From assembly GCA_040389965.1 (NCBI GenBank), contig JAZJZF010000021.1, positions 79,887 through 143,886 on the forward strand: a DNA stretch of 64,000 nt. Reading direction: 5' to 3'. Below, piece by piece: positions 37,741 to 48,831 of this stretch. A program made the translations under genes and the position numbers. The DNA comes from Bacteroidota bacterium. GTDB lineage: Bacteria; Bacteroidota; Bacteroidia; B-17B0; Aurantibacillaceae. The first letter of the stretch is position 1, and each line of letters begins with the position of its first letter. The notes beneath the pieces are model-generated. The model made no database searches. It saw only the letters and a list, made by a program, of their open reading frames with translations, and had not been told where the DNA came from.

Positions 37741-38244
37741 ATGCATATCAATTTTTTAGCAGTTTTAGTAGCAGCATTAGTGCCAATGGTAATGGGTTTT
37801 ATATGGTATAACCCAAAAGTATTAGGCAAAGCCTGGCAACAGGCAGCCGGTATAAGTGATGACAAAATGAAAGGTGCAAACATGGCTGTTATCTTCGGCG
37901 TAAGCTTTGTATTAAGCTTCTTATTGGCTTTTTTCATGCAACCCGTGGTTATTCATCAGTTTCACATTGCATCCGTATTCTATGATTATCGTGAGCAAAT
38001 AAAAGACGTAGCCACGCCTGAGGGCAGTCTTTTTAAACAGGTAATGGATTTAGTAGGTTCGGGACACCGTACATTTGGTCATGGTGTATTACATGGCGTT
38101 ATGGGTGGTTTCTTTATGGCAATGCCAATTCTAGCGACCAACGCTCTGTTTGAACGCAAAGGTTTTAAATATATAGCCATTAATTGTGGCTACTGGATCA
38201 TCTGTATGGGTATTATGGGCGGCATTGTTTCTGCCTGGGTATAA
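37741..38244 (+). CDS. DUF1761-family membrane protein
   Basis: 167 aa. The N-terminus INFLAVLVAALVPMVMGFIWYNPKVLGKAW and the four-TM layout are typical of DUF1761, as I remember the family. Confidence 0.65.
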   Translation: MHINFLAVLVAALVPMVMGFIWYNPKVLGKAWQQAAGISDDKMKGANMAVIFGVSFVLSFLLAFFMQPVVIHQFHIASVFYDYREQIKDVATPEGSLFKQVMDLVGSGHRTFGHGVLHGVMGGFFMAMPILATNALFERKGFKYIAINCGYWIICMGIMGGIVSAWV

Positions 38245-38250
38245 TACAAA

Positions 38251-39180
38251 CTAAGGTTCAAAAGGCTCAAGCCCCACTCCTGCCCTTCTTTCATTCAAAT
38301 GGTCCATATCTTCTATGGGGTAAGTAACGTATTCGTCTTTTTTGAGAAAATACTGAGTGCCATATAGCTGTTTTTCTCCTTTGGCCACTTTTAGTTTATC
38401 AATAAAAAATGCCAGCGACTTCCAACTAATCTCCTGCTTATCTGCAGCTATTTTAAGGATATTTAAGTGCTTTTCTTTTAGCCATGAAGGTGCAAAGCCC
38501 AAAATATAAAACGGCACCACAGAAACGTCGCCTACAATTAATCTGGAAGGATAACCATAAATAGTCATAATCCTGTCTATTTTCATAAAAGAAAGGCTAT
38601 CGCTGAGCTTTAATTCATTTTTAAACACAATTTGCCTGAGTGTATTTCTCTTATTGGCATTAATACTATCCGTAAGCCGAACGTTATTATTGGTAAACTC
38701 TTTATCTATCTTATGAAGTGCCTCAATCAATGAATCATTGGTTTTATTATTCTTATCTGTATAAACCGTTTTTAATAGTTCTCCGTTCTTATAAAAATAA
38801 TATTTTATCAATTCGCCTTCTTCATTATAGGCCTTCCATTTCCCGTAAAAATAATAATGGATTCTATCCGGCAGATTTTCCAATCTTGCCTGCCCCTGCA
38901 TTCGGGTTATTCCGTTTGCATAATAAAATGTTGTTTTTAATTTTTTAAAGCGATTGATTTCTCTTCTATCAATTACGCCATCATTATTATAAAAATAAGC
39001 TCTTCCTATTGGTCTTCCATTTCTGAACCGTCCTTCAAACGATTTTATTTTTTTAGCAGAATCCATATAAGTGGCCCATTTACCGGTTCTTTTGCCTTGT
39101 TTATTAAGACGATTAGGAGTCTGACTAAATAACACAACGTAGTTCAGTACTAAAAGCAATATGGTAAGCCAAGGTTTCAT
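38251..39180 (-). CDS. Secreted protein with MORN/YwqK-like repeats and an uncharacterised C-terminal domain
   Basis: 309 aa with a signal peptide and repeated G..G.W..Y..nG motifs. The C-terminal half resembles DUF6624 from memory (weak). Confidence 0.55.
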   Translation of the reverse strand: MKPWLTILLLVLNYVVLFSQTPNRLNKQGKRTGKWATYMDSAKKIKSFEGRFRNGRPIGRAYFYNNDGVIDRREINRFKKLKTTFYYANGITRMQGQARLENLPDRIHYYFYGKWKAYNEEGELIKYYFYKNGELLKTVYTDKNNKTNDSLIEALHKIDKEFTNNNVRLTDSINANKRNTLRQIVFKNELKLSDSLSFMKIDRIMTIYGYPSRLIVGDVSVVPFYILGFAPSWLKEKHLNILKIAADKQEISWKSLAFFIDKLKVAKGEKQLYGTQYFLKKDEYVTYPIEDMDHLNERRAGVGLEPFEP

Positions 39181-39453
39181 TACTTTACTTTTATAAAAGT
39201 ATTTGTTTAATCATTGCCCTTTTTCTTACTCTTTAAAGAATAGCCTTAGTACGTATAGGATTTCGTATAGAATAAAAATAATGACCATAGAAGAATGGTA
39301 TTTTTTATTATTGGTTTGCATGGCAATTAAGCACAACATAAAATGTGAAATATTACGCAAAGGGTTTACCTTTCATAAACTTAAATAGCAAAAAACGGTT
39401 TAGTCGCACTAATTGCTAAATTAAATAAAAACAGCTTACCGTTAAAATTAAGT

Positions 39454-40245
39454 TTATTGATTTTCAGGCACTTCGATGAGTGTTTTAAAAACGAATGCCG
39501 CAGGGCCTTCGAGCCAAATATTGTAGAATGTATTTTCGAGTACTTTCTCAAATTTTACATTTAAGTTTCCTCCTAATGTTTTTATAGTACAGTTTTTTTT
39601 ATCAGTACTAAGTCCTTTAAAACCTGCAACCAGAGCGGCGGCAGTTACTCCTGTACCACACGATAAGGTTTCATTTTCGACACCACGCTCGTAGGTACGA
39701 ACAAATAATTCGTGTTCTTTTCTTTCAATAAAATTAACGTTGGTGCCTTCTCCTTTGAAACGGTCGTTATAACGAATCTTTTTCCCTTCAGTAAAAACAT
39801 CAAAGGTTTCAATGTCTTTTACAAATTTTACGTAATGCGGCGAACCTGTATTTAAATAAAAATAGTCGTCTCCAACTTCAATATCCCTTACATCGTTCAT
39901 TTTTAAAGATACGATGTCTTCCGTTATTTTTGCCTCATGCATTCCGTCAATAGCCAGGAACTTTGCTTCGGTAGCTATGATGCCTAATTGTTTAGCAAAG
40001 GCCGTGATACAACGTCCTCCGTTGCCACACATGCTACTTTCGTTGCCATCGCTATTAAAATATACCATTTTAAAATCAACGCCTGGTTCCAGCTCAAGTA
40101 ACATTAAACCATCAGCACCAATGCCAAAACGCCTGTCACATAACAAGCGGATTTGTTCTATACTTAACGAAATATTTTTTTCACGATTATCAATGATCAC
40201 AAAATCATTTCCTGTGCCCTGATATTTGTAGCATTGTAATTGCAT
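39454..40245 (-). CDS. dapF: Diaminopimelate epimerase
   Basis: 263 aa: [13 protein letters not shown], with the two catalytic Cys contexts SMCGNGGRC and [12 protein letters not shown]. Confidence 0.93.
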   Translation of the reverse strand: MQLQCYKYQGTGNDFVIIDNREKNISLSIEQIRLLCDRRFGIGADGLMLLELEPGVDFKMVYFNSDGNESSMCGNGGRCITAFAKQLGIIATEAKFLAIDGMHEAKITEDIVSLKMNDVRDIEVGDDYFYLNTGSPHYVKFVKDIETFDVFTEGKKIRYNDRFKGEGTNVNFIERKEHELFVRTYERGVENETLSCGTGVTAAALVAGFKGLSTDKKNCTIKTLGGNLNVKFEKVLENTFYNIWLEGPAAFVFKTLIEVPENQ

Positions 40246-40252
40246 AAACCGA

Positions 40253-40891
40253 TTAATTTATTTTTGCTAACAATTCTGTGTCGTTTACCAATTCCATAGG
40301 CTTAAACTCAGTGCCAGAAGAAATTTTATACACTACATCATCATTTTTCAGATAGTAGTTATCATCTACTTTATAAATAGTAATGCTGCTAAAATCCGAT
40401 AAGCCATAAAGTATTACCCTGTTACGTGTCATCCTGTAACCTTTAGAATTTAAAGGCGTTTTCCAGAACTCTACGAAAAACATATTAGGGTAATCGGCAC
40501 TTGTAACACCGGCAAGCTGGCCTGTTAATGTATCTTTTTTAGATTTCACGTCCAGGTTTATGACTTTAATATTTTTTACAGATAGTAATTCTTCCTGAGC
40601 CACATGAATGGCTTCTTCTTTAAGTAAAGCATCTACTTCGCTGTAGTTAATGTTAGGAGAATTTTTTGTGTTAATTGTTGCCTTATGTTCGTATTCAGTC
40701 TTTGCTTTTGCTTCTTTATTTGTATGGCTATCCTCTGAAACCGTATGCTCCACAATTTTGATATTATCAATAGTGGGTCTGTTTATTTTTTTTATATAGT
40801 CGTCGATTTTAAACATAAAAAAAGCCACCCCAACCAACAGGCCGATAGAAACCCCAAAAACAAAGGGAGGTATTTTATATTTAAATTTCAT
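40253..40891 (-). CDS. Membrane-anchored hypothetical protein
   Basis: 212 aa with a single N-terminal TM helix. It lies 7 bp upstream of dapF on the same strand. Confidence 0.55.
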   Translation of the reverse strand: MKFKYKIPPFVFGVSIGLLVGVAFFMFKIDDYIKKINRPTIDNIKIVEHTVSEDSHTNKEAKAKTEYEHKATINTKNSPNINYSEVDALLKEEAIHVAQEELLSVKNIKVINLDVKSKKDTLTGQLAGVTSADYPNMFFVEFWKTPLNSKGYRMTRNRVILYGLSDFSSITIYKVDDNYYLKNDDVVYKISSGTEFKPMELVNDTELLAKIN

Positions 40892-41149
40892 TCTAATTTG
40901 GAGAGATTAAAAGTACACATTTTTTTGCTTTGTAAACGCTTATCATCAATAAATATGCCGTATACAATAAACTCATTGAATAGCAAGTATTAAGAAATTT
41001 TAAGTAAAAAATTTTAACATTTGAGCCTCAAAAATACCTCTCTGGTTAAGTATTGTTAAAACCAAAATTAAACGATAACTTCTCTTTTAATTTTGCGTTA
41101 TACATTCAAAGTTCAACGATTTTATATTAAAATTAATTTTTAAGCGAAC

Positions 41150-42616
41150 ATGAAAAAAATAATCTCTTCTCTATGCATCGGCCTTGTTGGCGGTGCATTT
41201 GCTTTGGTTGGTAACTATTACATAAACCAACATTCATCAAACAATTCTTTAAGTTATAATCCCTATACAGTTACTCCTACGCGTTTAACGTCATTTAATG
41301 GCATGTCATCCGGCAATGCTCCTGATTTTGTTGCTTCTGCAGAGAAATCAGTTAATTCTGTTGTGCATATTAAAACTATTGTTGAAAATAAAAACCTGTC
41401 TTATGATCCATTTCAGGAGTTATTTTTTGGAGGTAAACAACGCCAGCCTAACATGATGCAGGGTAGCGGTAGTGGCGTTATTATCAGCAACGACGGTTAT
41501 ATTGTTACCAATAACCACGTAGTAAACGGTGCTACCAAAATTGAAGTCGTTTTAAACGACAAACGCAGCTATGTGGGCGAGGTAGTTGGTACTGATCCAA
41601 CAACTGATTTAGCCTTGCTTAAAATTAAAGAGAAAGAGCTTCCTTATGTAAATTATGGCAATTCCGACGATGTAAAAGTTGGGGAATGGGTATTGGCAGT
41701 GGGGAATCCTTTTAATTTAAATTCTACGGTAACAGCTGGTATTGTGAGTGCCAAAGGGCGTAATATTAATATTTTAGAACAAAATGCACCTATCGGAGGC
41801 CTTGCCCCTATCGAATCGTTTATTCAAACTGATGCTGCCGTGAACCCGGGTAATAGCGGGGGTGCTTTGGTAAGTACCAGTGGCGATCTTGTGGGTATTA
41901 ACACTGCTATTGCTTCTAACAATGGCTCGTACCAGGGTTATTCGTTTGCAATACCCGTAAACATCGTTAAAAAAGTGGTAGCTGATTTAATCGAGTATGG
42001 CAATGTGCAACGTGCATTCATTGGCTTAAGCATTCAGGATATTGATTCGAGGTTTGCCAGCGAAAGACATATCAAGCAGTTAAAAGGTGTTTATATTAAT
42101 GGTATTACCGAAAATGGTGCTGCTGAAGAAGCAGGCATTAAATTAGGAGATGTGGTAACAAGAGTGGAAAACGTGACTATAAAAAGCACTTCTGAATTCC
42201 TTGAGCAGATTGGCAAATTCAGACCAAGCGATAAAATAAATGTAACTGTTATACGAAACGAAAAAGAAGTATCTATTCCGGTTGTTTTAAAGAACAAAGA
42301 CAATAGTTTAGGAATCATTAAAAAGCATGAAATCAGCAGAGCTGCGGTTAACTCTCTTGGAGCCGTGTTTGAAGAGTTAAGCCCTGAAGATATTACAAAA
42401 TATAATATCAGCGGCGGCGTAAGAATTTCGAAACTTGAACCCGGTAAACTTGCCAATGCCAGCATTAAAGAAGGCTTTATCATTACATCGGTTGATAAGA
42501 AAAAAGTGAACGGCCTACAGGACATAAAAGACGTTTTAGAAAATAAAACCGGCGGTGTTTTAATTGAAGGAGTGTACCCTAACGGTATACGCGCTTACTA
42601 TGCCCTTGGATTATAG
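41150..42616 (+). CDS. HtrA/DegP-family periplasmic serine protease with PDZ domains
   Basis: 488 aa with the His/Asp/Ser triad in context (TNNHVV, DLALLKI, GNSGGALV) and two PDZ-like regions. Confidence 0.9.
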   Translation: MKKIISSLCIGLVGGAFALVGNYYINQHSSNNSLSYNPYTVTPTRLTSFNGMSSGNAPDFVASAEKSVNSVVHIKTIVENKNLSYDPFQELFFGGKQRQPNMMQGSGSGVIISNDGYIVTNNHVVNGATKIEVVLNDKRSYVGEVVGTDPTTDLALLKIKEKELPYVNYGNSDDVKVGEWVLAVGNPFNLNSTVTAGIVSAKGRNINILEQNAPIGGLAPIESFIQTDAAVNPGNSGGALVSTSGDLVGINTAIASNNGSYQGYSFAIPVNIVKKVVADLIEYGNVQRAFIGLSIQDIDSRFASERHIKQLKGVYINGITENGAAEEAGIKLGDVVTRVENVTIKSTSEFLEQIGKFRPSDKINVTVIRNEKEVSIPVVLKNKDNSLGIIKKHEISRAAVNSLGAVFEELSPEDITKYNISGGVRISKLEPGKLANASIKEGFIITSVDKKKVNGLQDIKDVLENKTGGVLIEGVYPNGIRAYYALGL

Positions 42617-42634
42617 AACGTATAACCGCATTTC

Positions 42635-42666
42635 GGGGAAAGAAGTTATCACTCATTTCTTTCCCG
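42635..42666 (+). terminator. Hairpin downstream of the protease gene (possible terminator without a T tract)
   Basis: gggaaagaa / ttctttccc 9-bp stem with a 12-nt loop and no trailing T run. Confidence 0.35.
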
Positions 42667-42736
42667 GATGTTGGTAAATTTAAATGTTAAAAACATAACA
42701 AAAACATAAATATTTAATAATCAGAGTTATACAGAG

Positions 42737-42767
42737 TTGGGGAAATCGTCTTTTTTTCGTATCTTTG
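42737..42767 (+). promoter_or_regulatory. Bacteroidota-type promoter of rpoD
   Basis: -33 GTTG (TTG at 42737-42739), a 20-nt spacer, then -7 TATCTTTG (42760-42767). Confidence 0.45.
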
Positions 42768-42792
42768 TAGGCTTATAAACCCAACACATACC

Positions 42793-43656
42793 ATGAGGCA
42801 ACTAAAAATAACAAAATCCATAACCAATCGTGAAAGTGCATCTTTAGATAAATATTTACAGGAAATTGGAAGGGAGGAATTAATTACGGCTGAAGAAGAA
42901 GTTGTACTTGCTAAAAAAATTAAGGATGGAGATCAGGATGCCTTGGAGAAATTGACCCGTGCTAATTTACGTTTCGTTGTATCGGTTGCTAAACAATACC
43001 AAAATCAAGGTTTAAGTTTACCCGATTTAATTAATGAAGGAAATTTAGGTTTAATTAAAGCGGCACGCCGTTTTGATGAAACACGTGGTTTTAAATTTAT
43101 TTCTTATGCCGTTTGGTGGATTCGTCAATCTATTTTACAGGCATTAGCTGAACAATCCCGTATTGTACGTTTACCATTGAACCAGGTAGGTTCTTTAAAT
43201 AAAATAAATAAAGCGTATTCTAAATTAGAGCAGGAATTTGAGCGTGAGCCAAGTGCTGAAGAATTAGCGGAATTATTAGATCTTCCTATTGACAAGGTTT
43301 CTGATACTATGAAAGTTTCGGGCCGTCACGTAAGTATGGATGCTCCATTTGCAAACGGTGAAGAAAGTTCTTTATTGGATGTATTGGTTAACCACGATTC
43401 TTTAAAAGCGGATGCAGGTTTGATCATGGAATCTTTATCTAAAGAAATTGACAGAGCTTTATCTACCCTTACAGAAAGAGAACGTGATGTTGTTAAATTA
43501 TTTTTCGGTATCGGCTTAAACCATGGTTTAACTCTGGAAGAGATTGGTGATAAATTTGACCTTACCCGTGAACGTGTACGTCAGATCAAAGAAAAAGCGA
43601 TTCGTCGTTTACGTCATAGTTCAAGAAGTAAATTATTACAACAGTATTTAGGATAA
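42793..43656 (+). CDS. rpoD: Primary RNA polymerase sigma factor (Bacteroidota sigma-A type, lacking region 1.1)
   Basis: 287 aa: region 2 ([14 protein letters not shown]...DLI.EGN.GLIKA..RFD...GFKF.SYA.WWIRQ) and region 4 (LT.RER.V....FG...[20 protein letters not shown]). Confidence 0.93.
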   Translation: MRQLKITKSITNRESASLDKYLQEIGREELITAEEEVVLAKKIKDGDQDALEKLTRANLRFVVSVAKQYQNQGLSLPDLINEGNLGLIKAARRFDETRGFKFISYAVWWIRQSILQALAEQSRIVRLPLNQVGSLNKINKAYSKLEQEFEREPSAEELAELLDLPIDKVSDTMKVSGRHVSMDAPFANGEESSLLDVLVNHDSLKADAGLIMESLSKEIDRALSTLTERERDVVKLFFGIGLNHGLTLEEIGDKFDLTRERVRQIKEKAIRRLRHSSRSKLLQQYLG

Positions 43657-43680
43657 TCTAACATCTGCATTTAAACATTC

Positions 43681-43711
43681 AAAGTCTCCGTTCATAAACG
43701 GGGACTTTTTT
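43681..43711 (+). terminator. Rho-independent terminator
   Basis: aaagtctccgtt / aacggggacttt stem (one G-U pair) with a 4-nt loop and a T run. Confidence 0.75.
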
Positions 43712-43760
43712 ATTTAAGGCAAATGACCTAACTTTAAGTTAGTATTTTACATAAAACCTT

Positions 43761-44498
43761 ATGCTTATGAAAAAATTTACATTTACTCAGCTGGCATCTT
43801 TATTATTTATAATCTTATTTGCTGCAAGCTGCGGCAGTAATAAAACCTTTAGTTCCCGCAAATACACTGCGGGTAATTACATAAGCCATAAACATAAACC
43901 GGCTAAGGTTAAGGTAAACGAAACCGTTAACGAAGAGCCGGTATATGCTTCTACAAAAGAAGAGTTAACGGAAAAAGACCTTACTTCTAAAAAAGCCTTA
44001 TCGCCGGAGGAAGAAAAAATATATGCAAGCCCTAAGTCTTCTACAGAGACTCCTGTAAAAAAAGAACGTTTTGCAGCACTGAAGAGTACGAAGAAAAAGA
44101 TGGATACGTTTACGGAAAAATTCACTTTAAAAAAACGTATGGGTAAAAAAGGAAAACGTTGTAATGCTTATTCTACAGACTCGGGAGATGGTGTAGAACC
44201 GACTGCCCTGGTAGGTTTTATTTTAAGTGTGGTAGGTCTGGCCGTTAATATTTTTGCCCTTACGATGACTGTAGGCGCATCAGAATACATCTTTACCTTG
44301 TTATTTATTGTAGGTATGGTACTCGGGATTATAGGCCTTGTATTTGGCACACAGGGCTTAAGAAAGCACCACAAAGAAGGTGGTTCCAATCTTGATTTGG
44401 TATTTTCTATTTTAGGAACGGCTTTAGGCGGAGCAGCCATTTTAACGGCATTTGTATTCTCCATTTATACATTCTTTTTCTGGCTGGCTGGCATATAA
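43761..44498 (+). CDS. Hypothetical membrane lipoprotein
   Basis: 245 aa with a lipobox (LFAASC), a Lys/Glu-rich linker and C-terminal TM helices. Confidence 0.55.
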   Translation: MLMKKFTFTQLASLLFIILFAASCGSNKTFSSRKYTAGNYISHKHKPAKVKVNETVNEEPVYASTKEELTEKDLTSKKALSPEEEKIYASPKSSTETPVKKERFAALKSTKKKMDTFTEKFTLKKRMGKKGKRCNAYSTDSGDGVEPTALVGFILSVVGLAVNIFALTMTVGASEYIFTLLFIVGMVLGIIGLVFGTQGLRKHHKEGGSNLDLVFSILGTALGGAAILTAFVFSIYTFFFWLAGI

Positions 44499-44515
44499 TG
44501 TAAATTATGCAGTAT

Positions 44516-44545
44516 AAAAAAAGGCAGCGTAAAACTGCCTTTTTT
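44516..44545. terminator. Bidirectional terminator between convergent genes
   Basis: An A7 run, a ggcag / ctgcc stem, then a T6 run. Confidence 0.6.
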
Positions 44546-44566
44546 GCGTTCTATAATTAGATAGTT

Positions 44567-46663
44567 TTATTCCTTCACAATTTTAAAATATTGAATGTTC
44601 TTTTCTTTATCTTTCAATGTAAAAAGATATACTCCTGAACTTTCATTCTCTAAATGTATTTCACCTTTGTGATTATTGAATGAATATGTTTTCACCAACG
44701 CTCCGTATACATTAAATATTTCCACCTGATATTCTCCTTCTTTTGCAGTTTCTATATGGTAAATGCCTGCTCCGGGATTAGGGTAAACTCGATCAACAAA
44801 TGTTTCGGTTACTTTTACATCCTTCAACTCAGCGGGTGCATCTACCTCTTCATGTGTATTTTTCCTAAAGACAAAGGTTGCACAATCAAAATAATAGGGA
44901 CCAATATGCGCATTAAAATTTGTGTTAGAGGTTGCCACAAAACCTGCCTGCAAATTAATATAACTACCCGCTGTTGCCTTAAAATCACTTGACTGTATTT
45001 GGTAGTTATTAAAATTTGTATTTGTAATGGCATATGAAGAGACATTAACACTTGTTACCGAATTATTTACGTAGGTTAAAGTGTTGATTGTAGGTCTTTG
45101 GGCCTTTGTAAGATAATAAAACACTCCTGGACCAAAGCTACTTGCATAAGAAACTACGTCACATTCTGTTGCTGTCACCCTTATTTCCTGTATAAGACTA
45201 CCTGTCGGTAGATTATAAGTAAAATCACCATTAGCATCTGTATATGTGTTTGCGTATTGAGTAATTGCATTTCCTGGAACATTATATTTTATTTCTGCAA
45301 TTGCATCTTTAACGGGAGTAGTCGTACCCGCTAATCTAACTATCCCGTTTGCATAGTTCCCTGTATAAGGAGCATTAGAGTAATTATAATAATTCGCAGG
45401 TTGGCTTGCTGTTCCTAATGTTGTCGGATTAAAATTAGTTATTTCCTGAGCTGCCGGCTTCCATACAAAAGGTGAGCCCGTCGAAGCTCCATCATTTGAC
45501 TGTATTAAACCCCAAAAGGGACCTGCATTACCTCCACTATAATTATTCGGGCTGTCGTCTGAAAATTCCCACCAGGAATAGCCGGTTGCTCCAAAATCTC
45601 TGGCTGCATTTAAGGTTTCATGTAGAAAATCTACCTGCTCCTGAATGGTTCCTCCACTCTCATTTTGATCATAATAGGAACTAAAACTGGTTGTATTCAT
45701 AGGATGAGCTGTTAAACCTGTTTCACCAACAATCCAGGGAAGTTTAACATTATTCTTATACCACCAATAGTCTGACTTCATACGGTTTATGGCATCTGCA
45801 GCCGTTGTAGTATTGCCAGCTCTTTTTGAAAAAGGATAATTGTGTAAAGAGGCAAAGTCAATATTCAACATATTGGGATCCCAGAAAAAGGTACTCGATA
45901 CTTCCCAGAAGCCAATCGTTGACAAAATTTGTGAATTAGATTTAAGAGCATCGTTCCATTCTTTCACTTTTTGGCAGGCATGGGTTTTTGTCCAATAAGC
46001 GTTGCCTGAAACTGTTGGTTCATTAAAAAAATCTACCGCAAGCAAGGCAGGCTCATTTGCAAAACGTTTTCCAAACTTATTAAGGTAATTTACATACCCT
46101 GCTTGATACACAGAATTTCCCGGAGAATCATCTCCCATTTCTGACTTACCGCATGTTAAAACAATTACTTTCAAACCTTCATCTGAAGCAGCTTTCAATG
46201 TGACTGCTGTTACGTCCAATAATAATTGATCATACAGACTATTCGTAAAAGGAATATTTATCGCGTTATTTCCCATCCAATCTGTTGTTTCAATATTAGG
46301 GTTGTACTGTGCCCCCCCATATACCCTGATCGTATTAAATCCCTTCGCTTTAATAGCTGCAAAATCTTTCCGCATAGCAGCATTTGCATTCGCATAATTA
46401 TACACATTTGGAGAAAAGGTATTATTAGGAAAATATGAATGAGAGCGCGACGGGTAAAAATTGGGATAAGTATAATTATTTGTATTAGCACCAGGACCAC
46501 GAGTAACTTCCATAAAATAATTTGCCACCACCGCAAAAAAATCATTTGATCCGCATTTCAATTTTTGCCCGTCGATGGTTATAAAATCACTGCATTGGGC
46601 AAAAGATTTACATGAAATGACTAATAGCACAATAGCTATTTTGAAAACATTTTTATATTTCAT
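44567..46663 (-). CDS. Secreted glycoside hydrolase family 5-like enzyme with a T9SS type A sorting domain
   Basis: 698 aa with a signal peptide. GH5 acid/base context DFFNEPT and nucleophile context WIVGETG. C-terminus VYPNPGAGIYHIE...GVYLFTLKD...YFKIVKE. Confidence 0.75.
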   Translation of the reverse strand: MKYKNVFKIAIVLLVISCKSFAQCSDFITIDGQKLKCGSNDFFAVVANYFMEVTRGPGANTNNYTYPNFYPSRSHSYFPNNTFSPNVYNYANANAAMRKDFAAIKAKGFNTIRVYGGAQYNPNIETTDWMGNNAINIPFTNSLYDQLLLDVTAVTLKAASDEGLKVIVLTCGKSEMGDDSPGNSVYQAGYVNYLNKFGKRFANEPALLAVDFFNEPTVSGNAYWTKTHACQKVKEWNDALKSNSQILSTIGFWEVSSTFFWDPNMLNIDFASLHNYPFSKRAGNTTTAADAINRMKSDYWWYKNNVKLPWIVGETGLTAHPMNTTSFSSYYDQNESGGTIQEQVDFLHETLNAARDFGATGYSWWEFSDDSPNNYSGGNAGPFWGLIQSNDGASTGSPFVWKPAAQEITNFNPTTLGTASQPANYYNYSNAPYTGNYANGIVRLAGTTTPVKDAIAEIKYNVPGNAITQYANTYTDANGDFTYNLPTGSLIQEIRVTATECDVVSYASSFGPGVFYYLTKAQRPTINTLTYVNNSVTSVNVSSYAITNTNFNNYQIQSSDFKATAGSYINLQAGFVATSNTNFNAHIGPYYFDCATFVFRKNTHEEVDAPAELKDVKVTETFVDRVYPNPGAGIYHIETAKEGEYQVEIFNVYGALVKTYSFNNHKGEIHLENESSGVYLFTLKDKEKNIQYFKIVKE

Positions 46664-46694
46664 AATTTTTCGTTTTTAATTCGTTATAAATTCT

Positions 46695-48827
46695 TTAATT
46701 ATCTATTTTGACCAGTTTAGATTTCTCTACTCTATTTTCTGTTTCAGCTAAAATGAAATAAATACCGGCTTTTAAAAATGCTAGATCAAAGGTTACTTGC
46801 TTTAAGGTATTTTCTTTTTCAAAAACTACTCTACCCATCACATCTGTGATTCTGATACTATTAACAGGTAAATTACTTTTTGAACCAACCGTTAATTCAT
46901 TATTAAAAGGATTAGGATAAATCTGAATTGTATTGAGAATATCAGCTGATGTTAACTCATCTTCTTTATTATCTTGTGATAAAGCGTTCCTTTGTGCCGG
47001 ACCGGGAGGAGTTAATGCAATATTATAAAAAGAAAGAGCTCCTATGTTTTTTGAGTTTCTTAAATAACATCTCAGATTATCAATATTTGTAACTGTTGTA
47101 TTAGGAATAAACCCTGCGTAGCTCACTGAAGTAAGACCTGCTGAAGAAGAGATATCAAATGTGAGGTATTTTCCTGAAATTACGGGATTTGATTTAGCAA
47201 CTGTAGACGGATAGGGATATACTTCATTATTAAATTTTATAACCGATAGAATATCATATATATTCTCTCCTAAAGCTGTGTTTACAAATACATCCTGATT
47301 AAATCTTAATGTTACCTGGTTCCCACTAATGGTAGCCAAAGAAATATCAGGCGGTGTTAAATCATTGATATTAGTTGTTTTACCATAGACATCTTTTTCT
47401 AACAAGCCGAATAAGCGGCCTGCCAAATCAATGTATGCCGGATTGTGATGATGTATTTCATGCCCCGGCTCATCAGTACGATGATTCATGATACCATTTG
47501 CCGACATCACCGTTGTATTAGGAAATACCCCACCCATTTGCCGCTGCTGTTCGCTTCTGATTCTTACTCCCGGATCGTTACCAACCCAGGATGGGATTTG
47601 CACGATATACGATTGCTTAAAATTTGGGTAATAAGTAGCCCATAAATTATAAAGCGGCGTAAAATGATCAATATAATTATAAGTCGTATTGTCTTCTGGT
47701 CCACCTGCATCTCCCTGCCACCAAAAAATGCCTTTGATATCATTTTCTACTCCTGCTTTATAAACACGTGTATTCATTAGCGCAAAAAGACCTTGGTTGT
47801 TAGCGTAATGTAACGAATTATAAAAAAAATCGTTTGGGTAGGAAGAGGGGGGTAAATGCTGTTCTATTGAAGTTTCAGCCACGGCACCATTAACAATACA
47901 GGTTGGAATTCCATACGTTTGTTCAATTTTATACTGTATGGGTAGTCCCCATGCACCAACATGATGATTTAGATCAGTATTTCCTACACTGGATACTCCC
48001 CAACTCTCCTGGCCTACATCAAAAATACTGCTATAAGACCTGCTATATTTACCATAAGTTGTTGCTGCTCCATAAGTATTGATTAGGTTATCAACTTCGG
48101 TTTGTGTAAGGTTATTTGCAATGGCATTAGATTGTCCGGAAATTATATAAGCATCTCCACACACTACATGATTTGCAATTAAACTACCGCCTGACTCAAG
48201 ATCATTGTTTATGTAATACCAAAATTCGTACTCGCTTAGTTCGGCATTAATTGGCAATGAAAAATAAAACCGATTGTTTACTATTGAAACTACAGTTGAA
48301 TTATACAGTGTCCTAACATTATTAAAATTAGTTTTATAGGTATAAAAAGCGATACTACTATTCCCACCATTATCTGTACCTGAAAAGACAACGTTTCCAT
48401 AATTATTTGCCTTACGTGGATATAATTGATAATTTATAGGATGCATTTCCCTGGCTATGGAGCCATCACCTGTATAATAATTATCCCAAACAATATCAGG
48501 GTTGCTAAGGCCACAACCTGTCAAATTATAGTTAGGGTCTACAAAGGCATGAAATGTTCCTGTTGTAAAGCTCCCTATATTACTATAAGGTGTTGTGCCG
48601 CTGGAAGCCTGAACTCGAATAGATTGGCCGGCTTTTGCTGTATAATTTACACCTGCCGTTAAATGTGTTTCACTAATATTTATATTATAAGCGCAACGCG
48701 TATACGTGCCACTTGAATACGAATCTTTGAAACTATTTACTGGTGGATTATTTGTTATCTGCCCCTTTACTTGTGTATTCCACAAAGCATAAAGGACTAA
48801 TAAAATCCATGAAATTATTTTCGACAT
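46695..48827 (-). CDS. Secreted carbohydrate esterase-like protein (sialate O-acetylesterase/DUF303-type) with a T9SS type A sorting domain
   Basis: 710 aa with a signal peptide. Block I resembles GQSNM (IISGQSNAIAN), then WWQGDAG, with His-rich DEPGHEIHHH downstream. C-terminus IYPNPFNNELTV...GIYFILAE...KLVKIDN. Confidence 0.6.
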   Translation of the reverse strand: MSKIISWILLVLYALWNTQVKGQITNNPPVNSFKDSYSSGTYTRCAYNINISETHLTAGVNYTAKAGQSIRVQASSGTTPYSNIGSFTTGTFHAFVDPNYNLTGCGLSNPDIVWDNYYTGDGSIAREMHPINYQLYPRKANNYGNVVFSGTDNGGNSSIAFYTYKTNFNNVRTLYNSTVVSIVNNRFYFSLPINAELSEYEFWYYINNDLESGGSLIANHVVCGDAYIISGQSNAIANNLTQTEVDNLINTYGAATTYGKYSRSYSSIFDVGQESWGVSSVGNTDLNHHVGAWGLPIQYKIEQTYGIPTCIVNGAVAETSIEQHLPPSSYPNDFFYNSLHYANNQGLFALMNTRVYKAGVENDIKGIFWWQGDAGGPEDNTTYNYIDHFTPLYNLWATYYPNFKQSYIVQIPSWVGNDPGVRIRSEQQRQMGGVFPNTTVMSANGIMNHRTDEPGHEIHHHNPAYIDLAGRLFGLLEKDVYGKTTNINDLTPPDISLATISGNQVTLRFNQDVFVNTALGENIYDILSVIKFNNEVYPYPSTVAKSNPVISGKYLTFDISSSAGLTSVSYAGFIPNTTVTNIDNLRCYLRNSKNIGALSFYNIALTPPGPAQRNALSQDNKEDELTSADILNTIQIYPNPFNNELTVGSKSNLPVNSIRITDVMGRVVFEKENTLKQVTFDLAFLKAGIYFILAETENRVEKSKLVKIDN

Positions 48828-48831
48828 GGCC

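Noticed and set aside
39203-39388. A 61-aa plus-strand ORF in the spacer between dapF and the 39180 gene.
   Set aside because: It has an odd composition and no motif, and the spacer must already hold the promoter of the minus-strand gene starting at 39180.
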